A DNA stretch of 64,000 nt. Origin: Tetramitus jugosus (Eukaryota; Protista; Heterolobosea). The translations under genes and the position numbers were made by a program. Numbering within the stretch: position 1 is the first letter of the stretch; each line of letters begins with the position of its first letter. Of this stretch, positions 36,083 to 47,133 are shown one piece after another. The notes under the pieces were generated by a model. The model had not been told where the DNA came from. It saw only the letters and a list, made by a program, of their open reading frames with translations, and made no database searches. The stretch spans positions 62,001-126,000 of the forward strand of contig OW569350.1 in assembly GCA_937625935.1 (NCBI GenBank), written 5' to 3'.

Positions 36083-36769
36083 CTACAGTGAATTTGTATT
36101 ATTCGGGGCAACTTTGTCGGTGACCGGCTGTAGGTAACTGGAGTAATGCCTGTATCTGTCTGACGCTCTTGCAGGAGAATGGCCGGGCCCCCGGTTGTTC
36201 AGTATCCGATCATCGCAAGTATTATTATTCTTGTTGGCATTGCCTTCCAATTGGTCATTCGTTGTTGTTGTGTACATGAGTGGTACAGTCACTAGAGTTG
36301 CAGGGGATGAATAATAAGACTTTGGAACAACACTCACAGGTTCTACTTCATCGTCCTCTGCCAATAAAACTTGAATGGCCAATTTGGTCAAGTTCTCTCT
36401 ATTAAGTGAGCTTGTCCGCTCCGGGAATGTTAGAAGAGCATTTTCGAAGGAAACTTTCGCGCCATTCTTTTTTTTCTCCGTCTTCTTCTTAGAGTTTTGG
36501 TCTCTGCTCTTCTTGTGTTCTTGCTCACTCTCAGAATCTGTTCCACTGTCATCAGACGATCCACTATATGAACCATCGTCATCACTTCTGTTCTCATCTG
36601 AAGAATCATCATCACTGAAATGATCATCGGAGTAACTTTTTTCACTGTTTGTCTCTTCCTCAGAGCTTTGACTTCCTCCTGAAGAACTTGAGCTAGAATC
36701 CTGTTGTGAATCGTAGTCGTCCTCATCACTGTCACTTGATGCTTTCAGACTATCAGACGAAAAGACCAT
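36083..36769 (-). CDS. Hypothetical Ser/Asp-rich low-complexity protein
   Basis: Likely start MVFSSDS, with an acidic Ser-rich block followed by a Lys-rich block. No domain recognised. Confidence 0.55.
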   Translation of the reverse strand: MVFSSDSLKASSDSDEDDYDSQQDSSSSSSGGSQSSEEETNSEKSYSDDHFSDDDSSDENRSDDDGSYSGSSDDSGTDSESEQEHKKSRDQNSKKKTEKKKNGAKVSFENALLTFPERTSSLNRENLTKLAIQVLLAEDDEVEPVSVVPKSYYSSPATLVTVPLMYTTTTNDQLEGNANKNNNTCDDRILNNRGPGHSPARASDRYRHYSSYLQPVTDKVAPNNTNSL

Positions 36770-37247
36770 TTTGATTTTTTTTCCGAGCTCCCGTTTGGAA
36801 GGTGACAATGACTCAAGAAATCGCGCCTGGTGGTCTAGAGGGGAAAAACACACACAAGCAGAGAAAAAAACGCAAAACATTTAGTGAAGGAACATTGCCA
36901 AATCTCTTTTTTACAATTCTGTCCCTGTTCACAAACTGAAACTCAATCACCCACCACCACCACTATTCTCACCGTTACCACTGTCATCGTCAATAGCGAG
37001 AGATGAAATTGGATATGAATGCCAACAACAACCACCTTGATCCTTCATCCCCACAAATACAACCATCTTCATCATCATCATCATCCACAATGAATCAGAC
37101 AATGAATAATCAACAATTTTCTGCCATAGGTTCGTTCGTTTTTTTTTTGAATGGTCATTGACAAAATTTTTTTTGGTTTTGGTGATTGCGCCAATCACAA
37201 CAACAAAACACTCATGCAAACTTTTTCACACCATTAAAACACACAAC

Positions 37248-40076
37248 ATGTATAAACACAATTATGCACATGTAGCTTGTGTACACTGCAGAAAAGCGCA
37301 CCGCAAATGTGATCGAAAACTTCCCTCTTGCAGTGAATGTGTTTGCAGAGGATTCGGAGAATCATGTACCTATGCCGCTCCAAAGAAGAGAGGCCCTAAA
37401 CAGTCTTCTCTACTCATTCCTTCCTCTCCTTCCACTCCGATGATTGTTTCAACAGGTGCATTGTCATCATCATCATCACCATTATCGTCATCTTCCATGG
37501 TATCACATGCAGCAAATATTCCGACCACAACCATAACAGCAACCAATGTATCTATACCCAGTAACAATATGTCAAGTAGTAGTAGTAGCAGTAATACGAA
37601 TAACAACAATGGCAGCAGTCATCAACATCCTCATCATACGAATGTCAACAGTGGTAATAGGTCATCATTGACATCATCCTTCTTTTCATCTCTGTCAAAC
37701 ACGATTAGCAATATTCGATCAAAGAAGAGAACAATGGAGCAAAAAGTTCCATCGACTGGATCACCGCCGCCACCATCATCACAATCACTGTCTATACCAT
37801 CCAGTTCTTCAAAAGAAGAATTATCATCCTCATTGTCCAACAACTACAACAATACTATGGTAGACAATCAAACAATGGAAGATTCTTTGCGGCCAACAAC
37901 AACAGTAACATCTGCGTCGCATCATACGAATCCACCACTAATCTTTGTCGAAAATACGAGCAGTGGTATCAATCATGTGAATAGCGAAACAGATGTAATG
38001 ATGAACAATAATAACAACACTGACTACAGTAGTGATGACAATGAAATGAGTGGAGGAGAGGAGAGTGATGATCATGCAGAGTCCGCACTCTTTCGCAAAG
38101 CAAAACAACGCAAATACTCTGCCAATACGACTGCAAGATTGAATCAACAGCAACAGCAACAGAGACAATTGGACAGTGCTGCACCTCTATCTTCTAACAA
38201 TAATAATAATAATATGGATAATAATATGGGTGGTAGTAGTAGTGTTCATTATCAACAACAATCACATGCTTCTTCTATTCCCTCTGTTTCTACTACCACT
38301 GCTGCTACTGCGAACAATGATGGTGGTGATTACTTGTCCACACCTTCATCACAACAATATCACTATCATCATCAATCATCGCAGTATCACCATCATCACA
38401 ACAACAACAACAGAAATGACAACAACAATCACCACTTTCACTCTCACCCTTCTCATCACAATCAAGTATCTCTCCCATCCATCAGCATGTCACAACACTA
38501 TCCAATGTCTCAACAATCAACACAACCACCACCACCATCGTCCTCACATCATCATCATCACCAGAATCACTCGCATCCACAGCATCATCATCATCAGCAC
38601 CACCACCAACAACAACCTCATCACCAACATCACTCCACTCCTTCGAACGATTCTCTCTCTCATATTTATAACAATTATGCACAACATTCGCACCAATTCA
38701 ATCCATCTTCTCACAGACAACAACAGTATGAACAAATACCGTTGGACATTGGACAGATTGAACTGATTCATCAATTGAATTTCCGGTTGCATGTGAGTGC
38801 ACTATTGGAGAAATACTTTGGATTTTTGGGTTCTGTTTTTCCATTGTTTGACCGAGCTTCCATGGAGGAATTGGTCATGACAACTTTCAGTTCAACCAAT
38901 GAGATACTGAGTTCAAGCGTGAAAGAAGAACAAATGATTACACTATTGTACGCGACTTGTGCCGTTACATTTCAGAAAATGGGCAAGAAAACGTTGGCAC
39001 TGCACTCGTTCCAACGGTGCAGAGAATTATTGAGTCGGCATTTCGATTGTGTCAATGTTTCTTTCCCAGTGTCTGCTTCTATGGCTCTCGCATCCTATTA
39101 CCTGATTGGATATGGGGATTTTACAAAGGCTCGGTTTTATTACAAGAGCATGAAAATGTTTTTGAAGGAGGCGACCCGAGAACAGATGAAAACAACCGAA
39201 TACCGAGCTCTATCCGACTTTAGTCTCTATCCGCACTTTTTACTGAGCGATTCTCGTTTGCTGGATCAGATTGTAAGTTTCAGTAGAGTGTTGACAGTAA
39301 TGTACACTGGCACCGAGATTGACACCTCGATGATCGATATGCGAATACCTGTTGAGAATCAGATTGGCCTCTGCCTCGATTTGATCACAAACACAATGAA
39401 TCGCGTGATGTCTGGTATCGATGCGCGAATACACGACACTGCTGGTGGACCTACTCATCTACCTTCATTGAGATTGACTTATGAGATTGTGCTTCTTGGT
39501 CTAAAACTAAAAATTATGTCTCATGACAGTCAAAACATTATGCATAACTCCCGGATGATTGCAGATCAAATCTCCAATCTATTGGGCAGTCCCCTGATTG
39601 GAAATTGCTCACTGCTTATTCTAGAAGCTGTAATCTATACTTCATCTCTCCACTTGCACGACAAAAATCCGCCTGTGGAACTGATGAAACACGATATGAA
39701 TACTCTACAACTGATGATATCTAGATATAATTTAGTGTCATCGAAGTATGCCTATATTATGACCGGATTGGAGGATCGACTGCGGCAGATACAAACTCCG
39801 TTTCCTCGACACTCATCCTGGGCTACAACAACAACAGTGACACCTACAACACCGAGGAGCAATCCTAGTTCCACTCAGTCCTCATTATCTGCAACATTTT
39901 CATCTCCATCTAATCCATCAGTCAACAACGATTCGACTCTTCCTCCGATACGGAGTGATTTCTATGGTTCAAGAGCTCAGTTTAGAACCGCTGAGATGTC
40001 AAAGAGTGATGCTGTTCCCATGTTGACAGCCGAACAGGACTTGCCGGCCGCTAAACTTGGTAGGAACGAACTGTAG
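37248..40076 (+). CDS. Zn(II)2Cys6 binuclear-cluster transcription factor
   Basis: ACVHCRKAHRKCDRKLPSCSECVCRGFGESCTY..PKKRGP, a long S/N/H/Q linker, and a middle-homology-like region (LLEKYF......FPLFDR). Confidence 0.9.
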   Translation: MYKHNYAHVACVHCRKAHRKCDRKLPSCSECVCRGFGESCTYAAPKKRGPKQSSLLIPSSPSTPMIVSTGALSSSSSPLSSSSMVSHAANIPTTTITATNVSIPSNNMSSSSSSSNTNNNNGSSHQHPHHTNVNSGNRSSLTSSFFSSLSNTISNIRSKKRTMEQKVPSTGSPPPPSSQSLSIPSSSSKEELSSSLSNNYNNTMVDNQTMEDSLRPTTTVTSASHHTNPPLIFVENTSSGINHVNSETDVMMNNNNNTDYSSDDNEMSGGEESDDHAESALFRKAKQRKYSANTTARLNQQQQQQRQLDSAAPLSSNNNNNNMDNNMGGSSSVHYQQQSHASSIPSVSTTTAATANNDGGDYLSTPSSQQYHYHHQSSQYHHHHNNNNRNDNNNHHFHSHPSHHNQVSLPSISMSQHYPMSQQSTQPPPPSSSHHHHHQNHSHPQHHHHQHHHQQQPHHQHHSTPSNDSLSHIYNNYAQHSHQFNPSSHRQQQYEQIPLDIGQIELIHQLNFRLHVSALLEKYFGFLGSVFPLFDRASMEELVMTTFSSTNEILSSSVKEEQMITLLYATCAVTFQKMGKKTLALHSFQRCRELLSRHFDCVNVSFPVSASMALASYYLIGYGDFTKARFYYKSMKMFLKEATREQMKTTEYRALSDFSLYPHFLLSDSRLLDQIVSFSRVLTVMYTGTEIDTSMIDMRIPVENQIGLCLDLITNTMNRVMSGIDARIHDTAGGPTHLPSLRLTYEIVLLGLKLKIMSHDSQNIMHNSRMIADQISNLLGSPLIGNCSLLILEAVIYTSSLHLHDKNPPVELMKHDMNTLQLMISRYNLVSSKYAYIMTGLEDRLRQIQTPFPRHSSWATTTTVTPTTPRSNPSSTQSSLSATFSSPSNPSVNNDSTLPPIRSDFYGSRAQFRTAEMSKSDAVPMLTAEQDLPAAKLGRNEL

Positions 40077-40242
40077 TGAGTACGCGCGCCCCTAACGATA
40101 TAAAATGTGAAATAACAACTTGTTACCTTTTTCGAAATGGACCCTTCACCTCACACGCAATCACACACAGGCACATTACGTGCTCTCTACATCACATTCG
40201 ATTCCCATCAGAGAACAAAACCAAGTCAACAACCTAGTTAAG

Positions 40243-41847
40243 ATGTTCATACTTATTCATGATGATATTATTAGAGAGATATGCCAGTGGCTGAACTGCG
40301 AGGATCGATGGTACAGTTGTAGAGCTGTGAATAAGACTTGGCGTCGTATTAGCCTGATGAATGCATGGTGGGAGCAATCTTACAAGCAAACATGGGACAA
40401 TGCTCATTTTCCAACTGACTCTGAGGAGTATCCAGACTTCTCATGGAGCTTCCATTACATTGAGAGAAGGAGGTATTTGGCATTTTCGAGCACTCTCGGA
40501 CTGGTCAACGAAGCCCAAATTCAACAAGAAATCCTACAGCCACCCAACAGCAAAGACGATCGATTCCCTACCGTGGTATCAGATCAGATCGAGATACAGG
40601 ACAAGGACAATCGTTGTACAAGCTTCTTCAAGTCTCTATTCCAAAGGATACTAGACACAGACCAGAAACTCCAAAGAAGACTGCTACGTGAAATAGTAGA
40701 GTTAGAATCGGATTCGAGCACCTACGAGTCGAGAACAAAGCTTGCCAAGCTGGCTCTTCATTGCTTTAAGTTGTTGAGAATGAAACCAGATTCAGTGGAC
40801 GCTCTCTATTGTCTAGCCAAAGTATACTCAAGTGTATCAATGCACTCAAGGGCTCTTATCTACGCGAGTGAGTGCATTAACCATATCTCTCTCGATGATG
40901 CGTTGATAGAAATGTCAATAGAGAAAACACCATCCAAATTGGTCATCAGAACTTCAAACTTGCTCAGTCTTCTCGGGATTGCCTCGTTCAAGTTGAGAAA
41001 CTATCGTACTGCTCTCTTCGATTTGGATCGAGCGATTGAAATTGGATACAATAGATTTCATATTCAATACTACCGTATGCTCAATTACTTGAAACTGAAT
41101 CATATGGACAAGGTTTTAGAGGATGTCAAAGAGTTGGAGGGAAATTTACCCAGTACCAAAACAATTCCCTATGGAAAGATTGGTGAATGGCTCTTCACCA
41201 ATGGCAAGTATTTGGAGGCGAGAAAGTATCTTGCCAAGACTTCAAACGACAAGAATAAGTTGTCTGTGTTACAGAGACTCATTATCATCGATTATTCCTT
41301 GAAAGACTATGAATCTGTTCTTTCACACATGAATGAGCTTCATTACTATCTAATGAAAGAGAATAAGGTGGATATCTTCAGGAATCTTCAAGTACAATTC
41401 CGAAAACCTATTAGAAACTCCAACAAAGAATTGGGGATTCAGAGCTTCACGAGGGGGAATATACTAGAAGCTCTAAAGTATTTTTGTCATGCAGTTATCG
41501 TGGATGCTCGTTGTATGAGACATGAATGTATAAGCCGTATGACGTCGAGTGATCTCAAAGTTCTGTTTGGCAACGAGTTTGTAAAGGCGCACAGATTGGC
41601 TTCATGTGCTCATAATCAGTTCCAACAACAACAGTGTGAAAACATGGAACAACTAGCAAAATCATACTATTATCTACTGTATGCACTATTTTATCACTGG
41701 TTATCATTGAAACCAGAATTTCTAGCGAGTTCAGATGTACCTAACGGAACAATTGAACCTCGAAACTCTTCGATTCTTGCTCGTCTCTATCTGGATAGAG
41801 CGTTCGAAATCAATCCTCGTTTGTCAATAAAAGTAAACGATTGGTGA
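40243..41847 (+). CDS. F-box + TPR protein
   Basis: IHDDIIREICQWL...CRAVNKTWRRIS....WWEQ (F-box), followed by TPR-like helices (LGIASFKLRNYRTALFDLDRAIEI; YLDRAFEINP). Confidence 0.75.
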   Translation: MFILIHDDIIREICQWLNCEDRWYSCRAVNKTWRRISLMNAWWEQSYKQTWDNAHFPTDSEEYPDFSWSFHYIERRRYLAFSSTLGLVNEAQIQQEILQPPNSKDDRFPTVVSDQIEIQDKDNRCTSFFKSLFQRILDTDQKLQRRLLREIVELESDSSTYESRTKLAKLALHCFKLLRMKPDSVDALYCLAKVYSSVSMHSRALIYASECINHISLDDALIEMSIEKTPSKLVIRTSNLLSLLGIASFKLRNYRTALFDLDRAIEIGYNRFHIQYYRMLNYLKLNHMDKVLEDVKELEGNLPSTKTIPYGKIGEWLFTNGKYLEARKYLAKTSNDKNKLSVLQRLIIIDYSLKDYESVLSHMNELHYYLMKENKVDIFRNLQVQFRKPIRNSNKELGIQSFTRGNILEALKYFCHAVIVDARCMRHECISRMTSSDLKVLFGNEFVKAHRLASCAHNQFQQQQCENMEQLAKSYYYLLYALFYHWLSLKPEFLASSDVPNGTIEPRNSSILARLYLDRAFEINPRLSIKVNDW

Positions 41848-41950
41848 CCTACCAACACTTAAGTACTAAGAGAATACGCATTTGCGCACGTTTCTTTGAA
41901 AGAAACGAACAGCAATTCCCGAACAAAACAATCATCCAAAGACCAGAAAA

Positions 41951-43396
41951 ATGACATCCCAAGAAGACAGCAAAACGATCAGAGAATTGAATGTTTATGG
42001 TGCTGGACTCTCTCATTTTCATCAAACAGGTTTCAATCACTCGTACTATGAACGAATGGGCAACAAAAGTGATTATCTAATGAGCTCAGCAGGAACCGGG
42101 TCGCTTGATACTGTCAAGCCATTTACGCAGGTGGTGCAATACGGCTCGATCGGGAAGGAGTTTATTTCTGAGCAGGAACTGATGCAACATGGTGAATTCG
42201 TTGTCAATGTGGCCTGTGGTGAGCGTCATTCACTGTTTGTGACAAATCTGAGGCGCGTGTTTTCTTGTGGTGATAACTCGAATGGGAGTTGTGCAAAGTC
42301 TCGTGCGATATCTCTTGTGAATCAAGTGACATTGATATCAGAGCTGTCCCATTGTAATATTGTTGAAGCAAAGTGTGGCACTCTCCATTCGATGTTCATT
42401 AGTGAGGGATATGCGTGTGTGTATGGGTCAGGATACAATACACATGGGGAGTGTGGATTGCCTACTGGAGCAAATATTTATGGTGTTGAAAAGATGGAAA
42501 ACATTGAAGGCAAAAGGTTGAAATGTGTTGCACTTAGTGCATATCACACAGTGTTTGTCACGGTTGATAATTGTGTTTATACTTCAGGATACTGTGCATT
42601 TGGATCCCTGGGCCAGGGATATCAGAACCAACATTGTCCTCTTCCAGTCAAAGTGGATAATCCTGATATGGCCAATGGATTGAAAGCAATCAAGACTGCT
42701 GTGTGTGGCCAGTGGCATACCATTGTGATCACAGAGGATGGATCCGCTTACTCTTGGGGCTACGACCATCATGGTCAATGCGGTTTAAACTCTTCTGCAC
42801 CCAGTAATGTGGTCAGTCCTGTCTTGGTGACTGGTCTTCCTTCGTTTGAGAAAGTGGTTGACGCAAGATGTGGAGATTGGTTCACAATATTTCGTACAGA
42901 ATCAAACACCTTTTATGGTTGTGGAGACAATTCTCATGGTGCTCTGGGACTTCATACTGTCAGTCGGGTATCAATCATCACTGAGATTCCTCTTTCAATT
43001 GGAACTGTGCTCGACTACAGCTGTGGGGCAAACTTTACAGTGTTTACAACAAAAGATGGAGGCGTCTACACATGCGGTTATAGAAAGTATGTGTATTTGA
43101 TAATTTGATTTGCTCTCTTTGATCCACTAACCCCTTATCTTGTTCTATCTCTGCTCCAAAGTTCAAGCAGACTCAGGGAAGTCTTTCAATTTACAGGAGA
43201 CAGTCTGTTTACTGAACTCCATTTGCCTAGTGTTTCTCGAGATGATAAGTACCAAGAAGTATGTGTGGCATACGGTCAAACATGTTCTCACATCATGTTG
43301 TATACAGTGCCAAAAATTCATTGCATCTTCCCAAACAAATTATTCACTGTTCAACAGAAGGGGTTTCTGTGTGATATCACTGTCGTATTCGAGTAA
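41951..43396 (+). CDS. RCC1-repeat protein, 2 exons
   Basis: Repeated VACG..HS.F.T....V.SCG.N..G motifs. Putative intron 43087-43161 gives a final exon ending ...QQKGFLCDITVVFE*. Confidence 0.85.
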
Positions 43397-43443
43397 AAAA
43401 CCAAGTATTACCTCATCCCTCTTCACAACAGAATTGAGAGCGC

Positions 43444-43477
43444 AGAGCCTTTCCGTGCCGTGGTCCACACTACATAA
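43444..43477 (-). pseudogene. Unit A: 34-bp remnant of the element ORF 5' region
   Basis: agagcctttccgtgccgtggtccacactacataa matches 48394-48427 at 32/34 positions. Confidence 0.7.
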
Positions 43478-44511
43478 TTTTTTTTAAAATACAACATTGC
43501 GGTTGCTCTTTTTATTGACTTTCGTATACATTAACCAACGTTCGCAGAGACTTGCCCCTGGTTATCTGTACATTATTTCCCAATGAGGCTCGTAAACGTC
43601 ATTGCTTCTGTTTCTCTTTGGTTGACGTGAACAGTGGATGGAGGGTCGTGAGACATCATTCGTGAAGGCTACTGACTTCTTCATCCTTTAGCACCAATCC
43701 ATCTTTGAAGGTATTCTTTGCTGGTTTTCTTGATTGGTCTTGGCGACAATTTGCCTTCCCTCAGTCGCCAATGGTCAACCAGATATCGATAAACTCGGTC
43801 GTGCAACTTCTAGCTCCACTACCTTTTGGCAGCTCAATTGTTCAGATCACCCAGTGTGATTCGAGTGCTCCACTTGTTGTCATTGAGTTGTGGACTCCAA
43901 ATCTCCTTTTCGGAGTCGTCATCCACATCCACAATGATTGGTTCATCCTCAATCAAACCATACCTTTTGCGTGCAGCAGCCAGCGCCAATGCAGCAATTT
44001 CCTTTTTCACTCTAGCGAACACTGGAGAAGTGGCATTCATTTGCTCCAGGATTTGCCGGTTCTCAGCACTGAGCTGTACAACAGACACTGATGGCAGTGT
44101 TGCTACAGTCCTCTGTTCTTCTACCTCCACTAGCTCAGGAGTAGTCTCCATCCTGGCAGTGGCTTGGGCAACTTCTGGTTCCGGCATTGGAACCGGTTTG
44201 TTGCCCCCTTGACGCTTTGTCTTTCCTAATTCCTTGGTGAGTTCTGTGACCTGTCGACGCAGTCCGTCAACCACCGTAAGCAGCTCCTCATACATCTGGT
44301 CAAATTCTTGTTGACAGCTTTGAGAGGATCATGTGGCCTCTCGACGTATCGAGTGACCGTGGCTTTTACACTGTTCTCTCCACTGCTCGTGCATAGGTTT
44401 CATCGACCATGACCACGAATGTAGTGTCACGTTTCTTCAGCACACTGGCTACCTTCTCAGGTCCCAGTTGCTTGATGTCGTCCCGTGACATGTGATTCCG
44501 TTTTTTCTGAG
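43478..44511 (-). pseudogene. Unit B: decayed element copy
   Basis: T8 tail at 43478-43485 and ATG at 44491. A 366-bp deletion relative to unit E lies between GACATGT direct repeats, and there are frameshifts. Residual ORF 43834-44295 is homologous to unit E. Confidence 0.8.
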
Positions 44512-44527
44512 TTTTGATCAATTGATC

Positions 44528-44618
44528 TTTTTTTTAATACAACACGAGGTTGCTCTTTATTACTCTGTCCTACTTTCTTTTAGTTTCTCGGATCGTCCTT
44601 GTGACGCTCGCAGAGCCA
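44528..44618 (-). mobile_element. Unit B': ~90-bp 5'-truncated element (3' end only)
   Basis: Minus strand reads ...AATAAAGAGCAACCTCGTGTTGTATT(A)8, similar to the 3' end of unit B. Bounded by GATCAATTGATC (44516) and TTTTGATCAA (44619). Confidence 0.7.
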
Positions 44619-44628
44619 TTTTGATCAA

Positions 44629-45736
44629 TTTTATTTTATTTTTCCATACAACCATGTGTGCTTGCGCAGCAAGCACACGATTGCTCATTTATTGACTTGT
44701 TTTGTGTGTGACGACCCGTAGGGCGTCATTCACTCTTCTTCTCTTGTTGTCCCCGACGGTGCACCTACAGGTTGGAAGAATCACTCTGGTGAGTGTTTTG
44801 GTTGATGCCCTTCATCAAAGAGCGTAACCTTGTAGTAGGACCGTCGATGGACACAGAGCCATCTGTTGTTGTTTTCTTGTTTTGGGCCTTGTTGCTCATC
44901 AGATCACCCAGTGTGATCCTAGCACTCCTCTTCTTGTTGTCATTGAGTTGTGGGTTCTGAATCTCCTTTTCGGAGTCATCATCCACATCCACAATGACTG
45001 GTTCGTCCTCAGTCAAACCATACCTTTTGCGTGCAGCAGCCAGTGCCAATGCAGCAATTTCCTTCTTCACTCTTGCAAACACTGGAGAAGTGGCATTCAC
45101 ATGCTCCAGGGTTTGCCGATTTTCAGCGCTGAGCTGTACAACAGGCACTGTTGGCAGTGTAGTTGCATTCCTTTGTTCTTCTGCCTCCATTAGACCAGGA
45201 ACAGTACTTTGTGCAACTTCTGGTTCCGGTATCGGAACCGGTTTGTTGCTCTCTTGACCCTTTGTCTTTGTCAATTCCTTGGTGAGTTCTGTGACCTGTC
45301 GACGCAGTCCGTCAACCACCGTCAGCAGCTCCTCGTACATCTTCGTCAACCTCTTGTTGACGGCCTTGAGAGGATCATGTGGTCTCTCGACGTATCGAGT
45401 GACCGTGGTCTTTACCTTGTTCTCTCCGCTGAGCACTGCTCATGCATAGGTTTCATCACCCATGACCACGAAAGCAGTGTCACGCTTCTTGAGCACACTG
45501 GCAACCTTCTCAGGTCCCAGTAGCTTCTTGATGTCGTCCACTGACATGTTCTTCATGCCATGGACGACCACCTTTCTTGTACAATCAACACTGCGCTTGG
45601 GTGCAGCAGTGCTGTTGCCTCTCTGTCACTTGGCCTAGAGCCTTTCCGTGCAGTGGTCCACACTGCATAACGGCTGTTGCCGTATTCCTTCACCAAATTT
45701 GTTGAATCACCAGACATGTGATGCCGTTTTTTCTGC
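44629..45736 (-). pseudogene. Unit C: pseudogenised element copy
   Basis: ATG at 45717 with the same N-terminus as unit E. A 196-bp frameshifting deletion (equivalent to 48181-48376) and an in-frame CGG->TGA stop near 45441 break the ORF. The tail is degraded (ttttattttattttt). The 3' region is near-identical to unit E. Confidence 0.85.
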
Positions 45737-45888
45737 TTTTTTTGATCAATTGATCTTTTTTTTTTAATACAACAAATGGTGCTCACGCACCACGTTGCGG
45801 AACTTTTATTTTTCTTTTGCGTGAGAGCAGGCTTGCCTGCTCTCAATTGTCTAACATGATGTGATGCTTGCCCAGTGGAGTGGCAGGC

Positions 45889-47133
45889 CTACGCAACAGG
45901 ATTCATTCTCTTCTTGGAATGTTGTTTTGATCCCTTCTTCAGGGATTCGTTGCGAGGGCCTCCACTACCATCTGGAGCACCACTGGTGAGGTCAGATGGC
46001 TCCGTAGTCCTAGCCAGTTGGTAGGACCTACGGAGAGCACCTGACTTGATACTGGCCAACCTGGCCGGGATCTTGTTGGCAGCAGTGTCACCAACGGTGA
46101 CACGTGCTGATCGCTTCTTGTGTTCGTTGAGTTGGGGACTCTGTAACTCACAGTCGGGGTTACTGAGATCCAACTCAACTGGATCTTCTTCGGTGGTTGT
46201 GCTTCTTGCACGGTCCACCATGATTGCTCGGGCAGCAATCTCTTTCTTGACTTTCTTGAACACCTCGGAGGTGTTCAATACTAGCTCGAGGATTGCTCTG
46301 TTACGAGCATCCTCATCAATGGTGTTGTTGGTTGGCTCTTGGGTGACCGTAGTTGGAGTGGCGGGATGGGACTCCGGCATGATCGACTCCCGATCATCGG
46401 TCGTAGACGGAGTCGAAGGTTCGAATTCGGAGATTCGCTCCGGCGTCCTTGGAGACGGGGATGCGAGGGGGATCCGATTGACGGAAGCCATATCTTTTAA
46501 CACACTGACTTGGTGGCGCAGGTCGTCCACCACAGCCAGTAGCTCTTGGTACATCTTGGTCAGCCTCTTACTGACAGCCTTGACCGGATCACGTGGGCGT
46601 GGAAGGAAGCGCTTTGCTTCCACCTCCACTGGCATGGATTGGACGTTTCGAAGCAAAGCTTCGGCATACGTTTCGGACTCCATCACAACAAAGGCGGTGT
46701 CGTGCTTCTTGAGCACGTTCTTGACCTTTGTTGTGCCAAGCATGGCCTTGATGTCGTCCTCCGTCTTACCTTTGACACCGTGGAGGACGACCTTCTTGGC
46801 ACAATCTACGTTGTGCTTGAGTGCTGCCTTGCAGCCACTCATCTTCTTGTTGCGGTTGAAGGACTCAACAAATGGGTAAATGTTGTCATCAACAACAGTT
46901 ACCCACGCAACAAACCTCTTGGGGCCCTTCTTGATGACTTGGACCCTGGTGAGCAAATCACCAAAATCCAAGCCAATCTTCTTGGCCAAGGCAGCCTTGG
47001 GAGAGTCATCACACTTTCCAGTGATGATGACCTCTTTGCTGCTTGGCGCAGTTCCTCTTGGTGCTGTGGTCCACACAGCATAGCGTGGATTCTCATACTC
47101 ACGAACAACAGGGGTGTGTGTTCGTTTTTTCAT
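45889..47133 (-). CDS. Unit D ORF: divergent intact RRM-RRM-coiled-coil protein (element 45756-47138)
   Basis: 414 aa. Shares RYAVWTT, EV.ITG, RVQVIK, RFVAWVTV, VDC..KVV.HG, DTAFVVM, RP.DP.KAV.KRLTKMY.ELL.VVD.LR.QV, VKKEIAA and PQLN..KKRSAR.T.GD with unit E. T10 tail at 45756-45765. Confidence 0.85.
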   Translation of the reverse strand: MKKRTHTPVVREYENPRYAVWTTAPRGTAPSSKEVIITGKCDDSPKAALAKKIGLDFGDLLTRVQVIKKGPKRFVAWVTVVDDNIYPFVESFNRNKKMSGCKAALKHNVDCAKKVVLHGVKGKTEDDIKAMLGTTKVKNVLKKHDTAFVVMESETYAEALLRNVQSMPVEVEAKRFLPRPRDPVKAVSKRLTKMYQELLAVVDDLRHQVSVLKDMASVNRIPLASPSPRTPERISEFEPSTPSTTDDRESIMPESHPATPTTVTQEPTNNTIDEDARNRAILELVLNTSEVFKKVKKEIAARAIMVDRARSTTTEEDPVELDLSNPDCELQSPQLNEHKKRSARVTVGDTAANKIPARLASIKSGALRRSYQLARTTEPSDLTSGAPDGSGGPRNESLKKGSKQHSKKRMNPVA

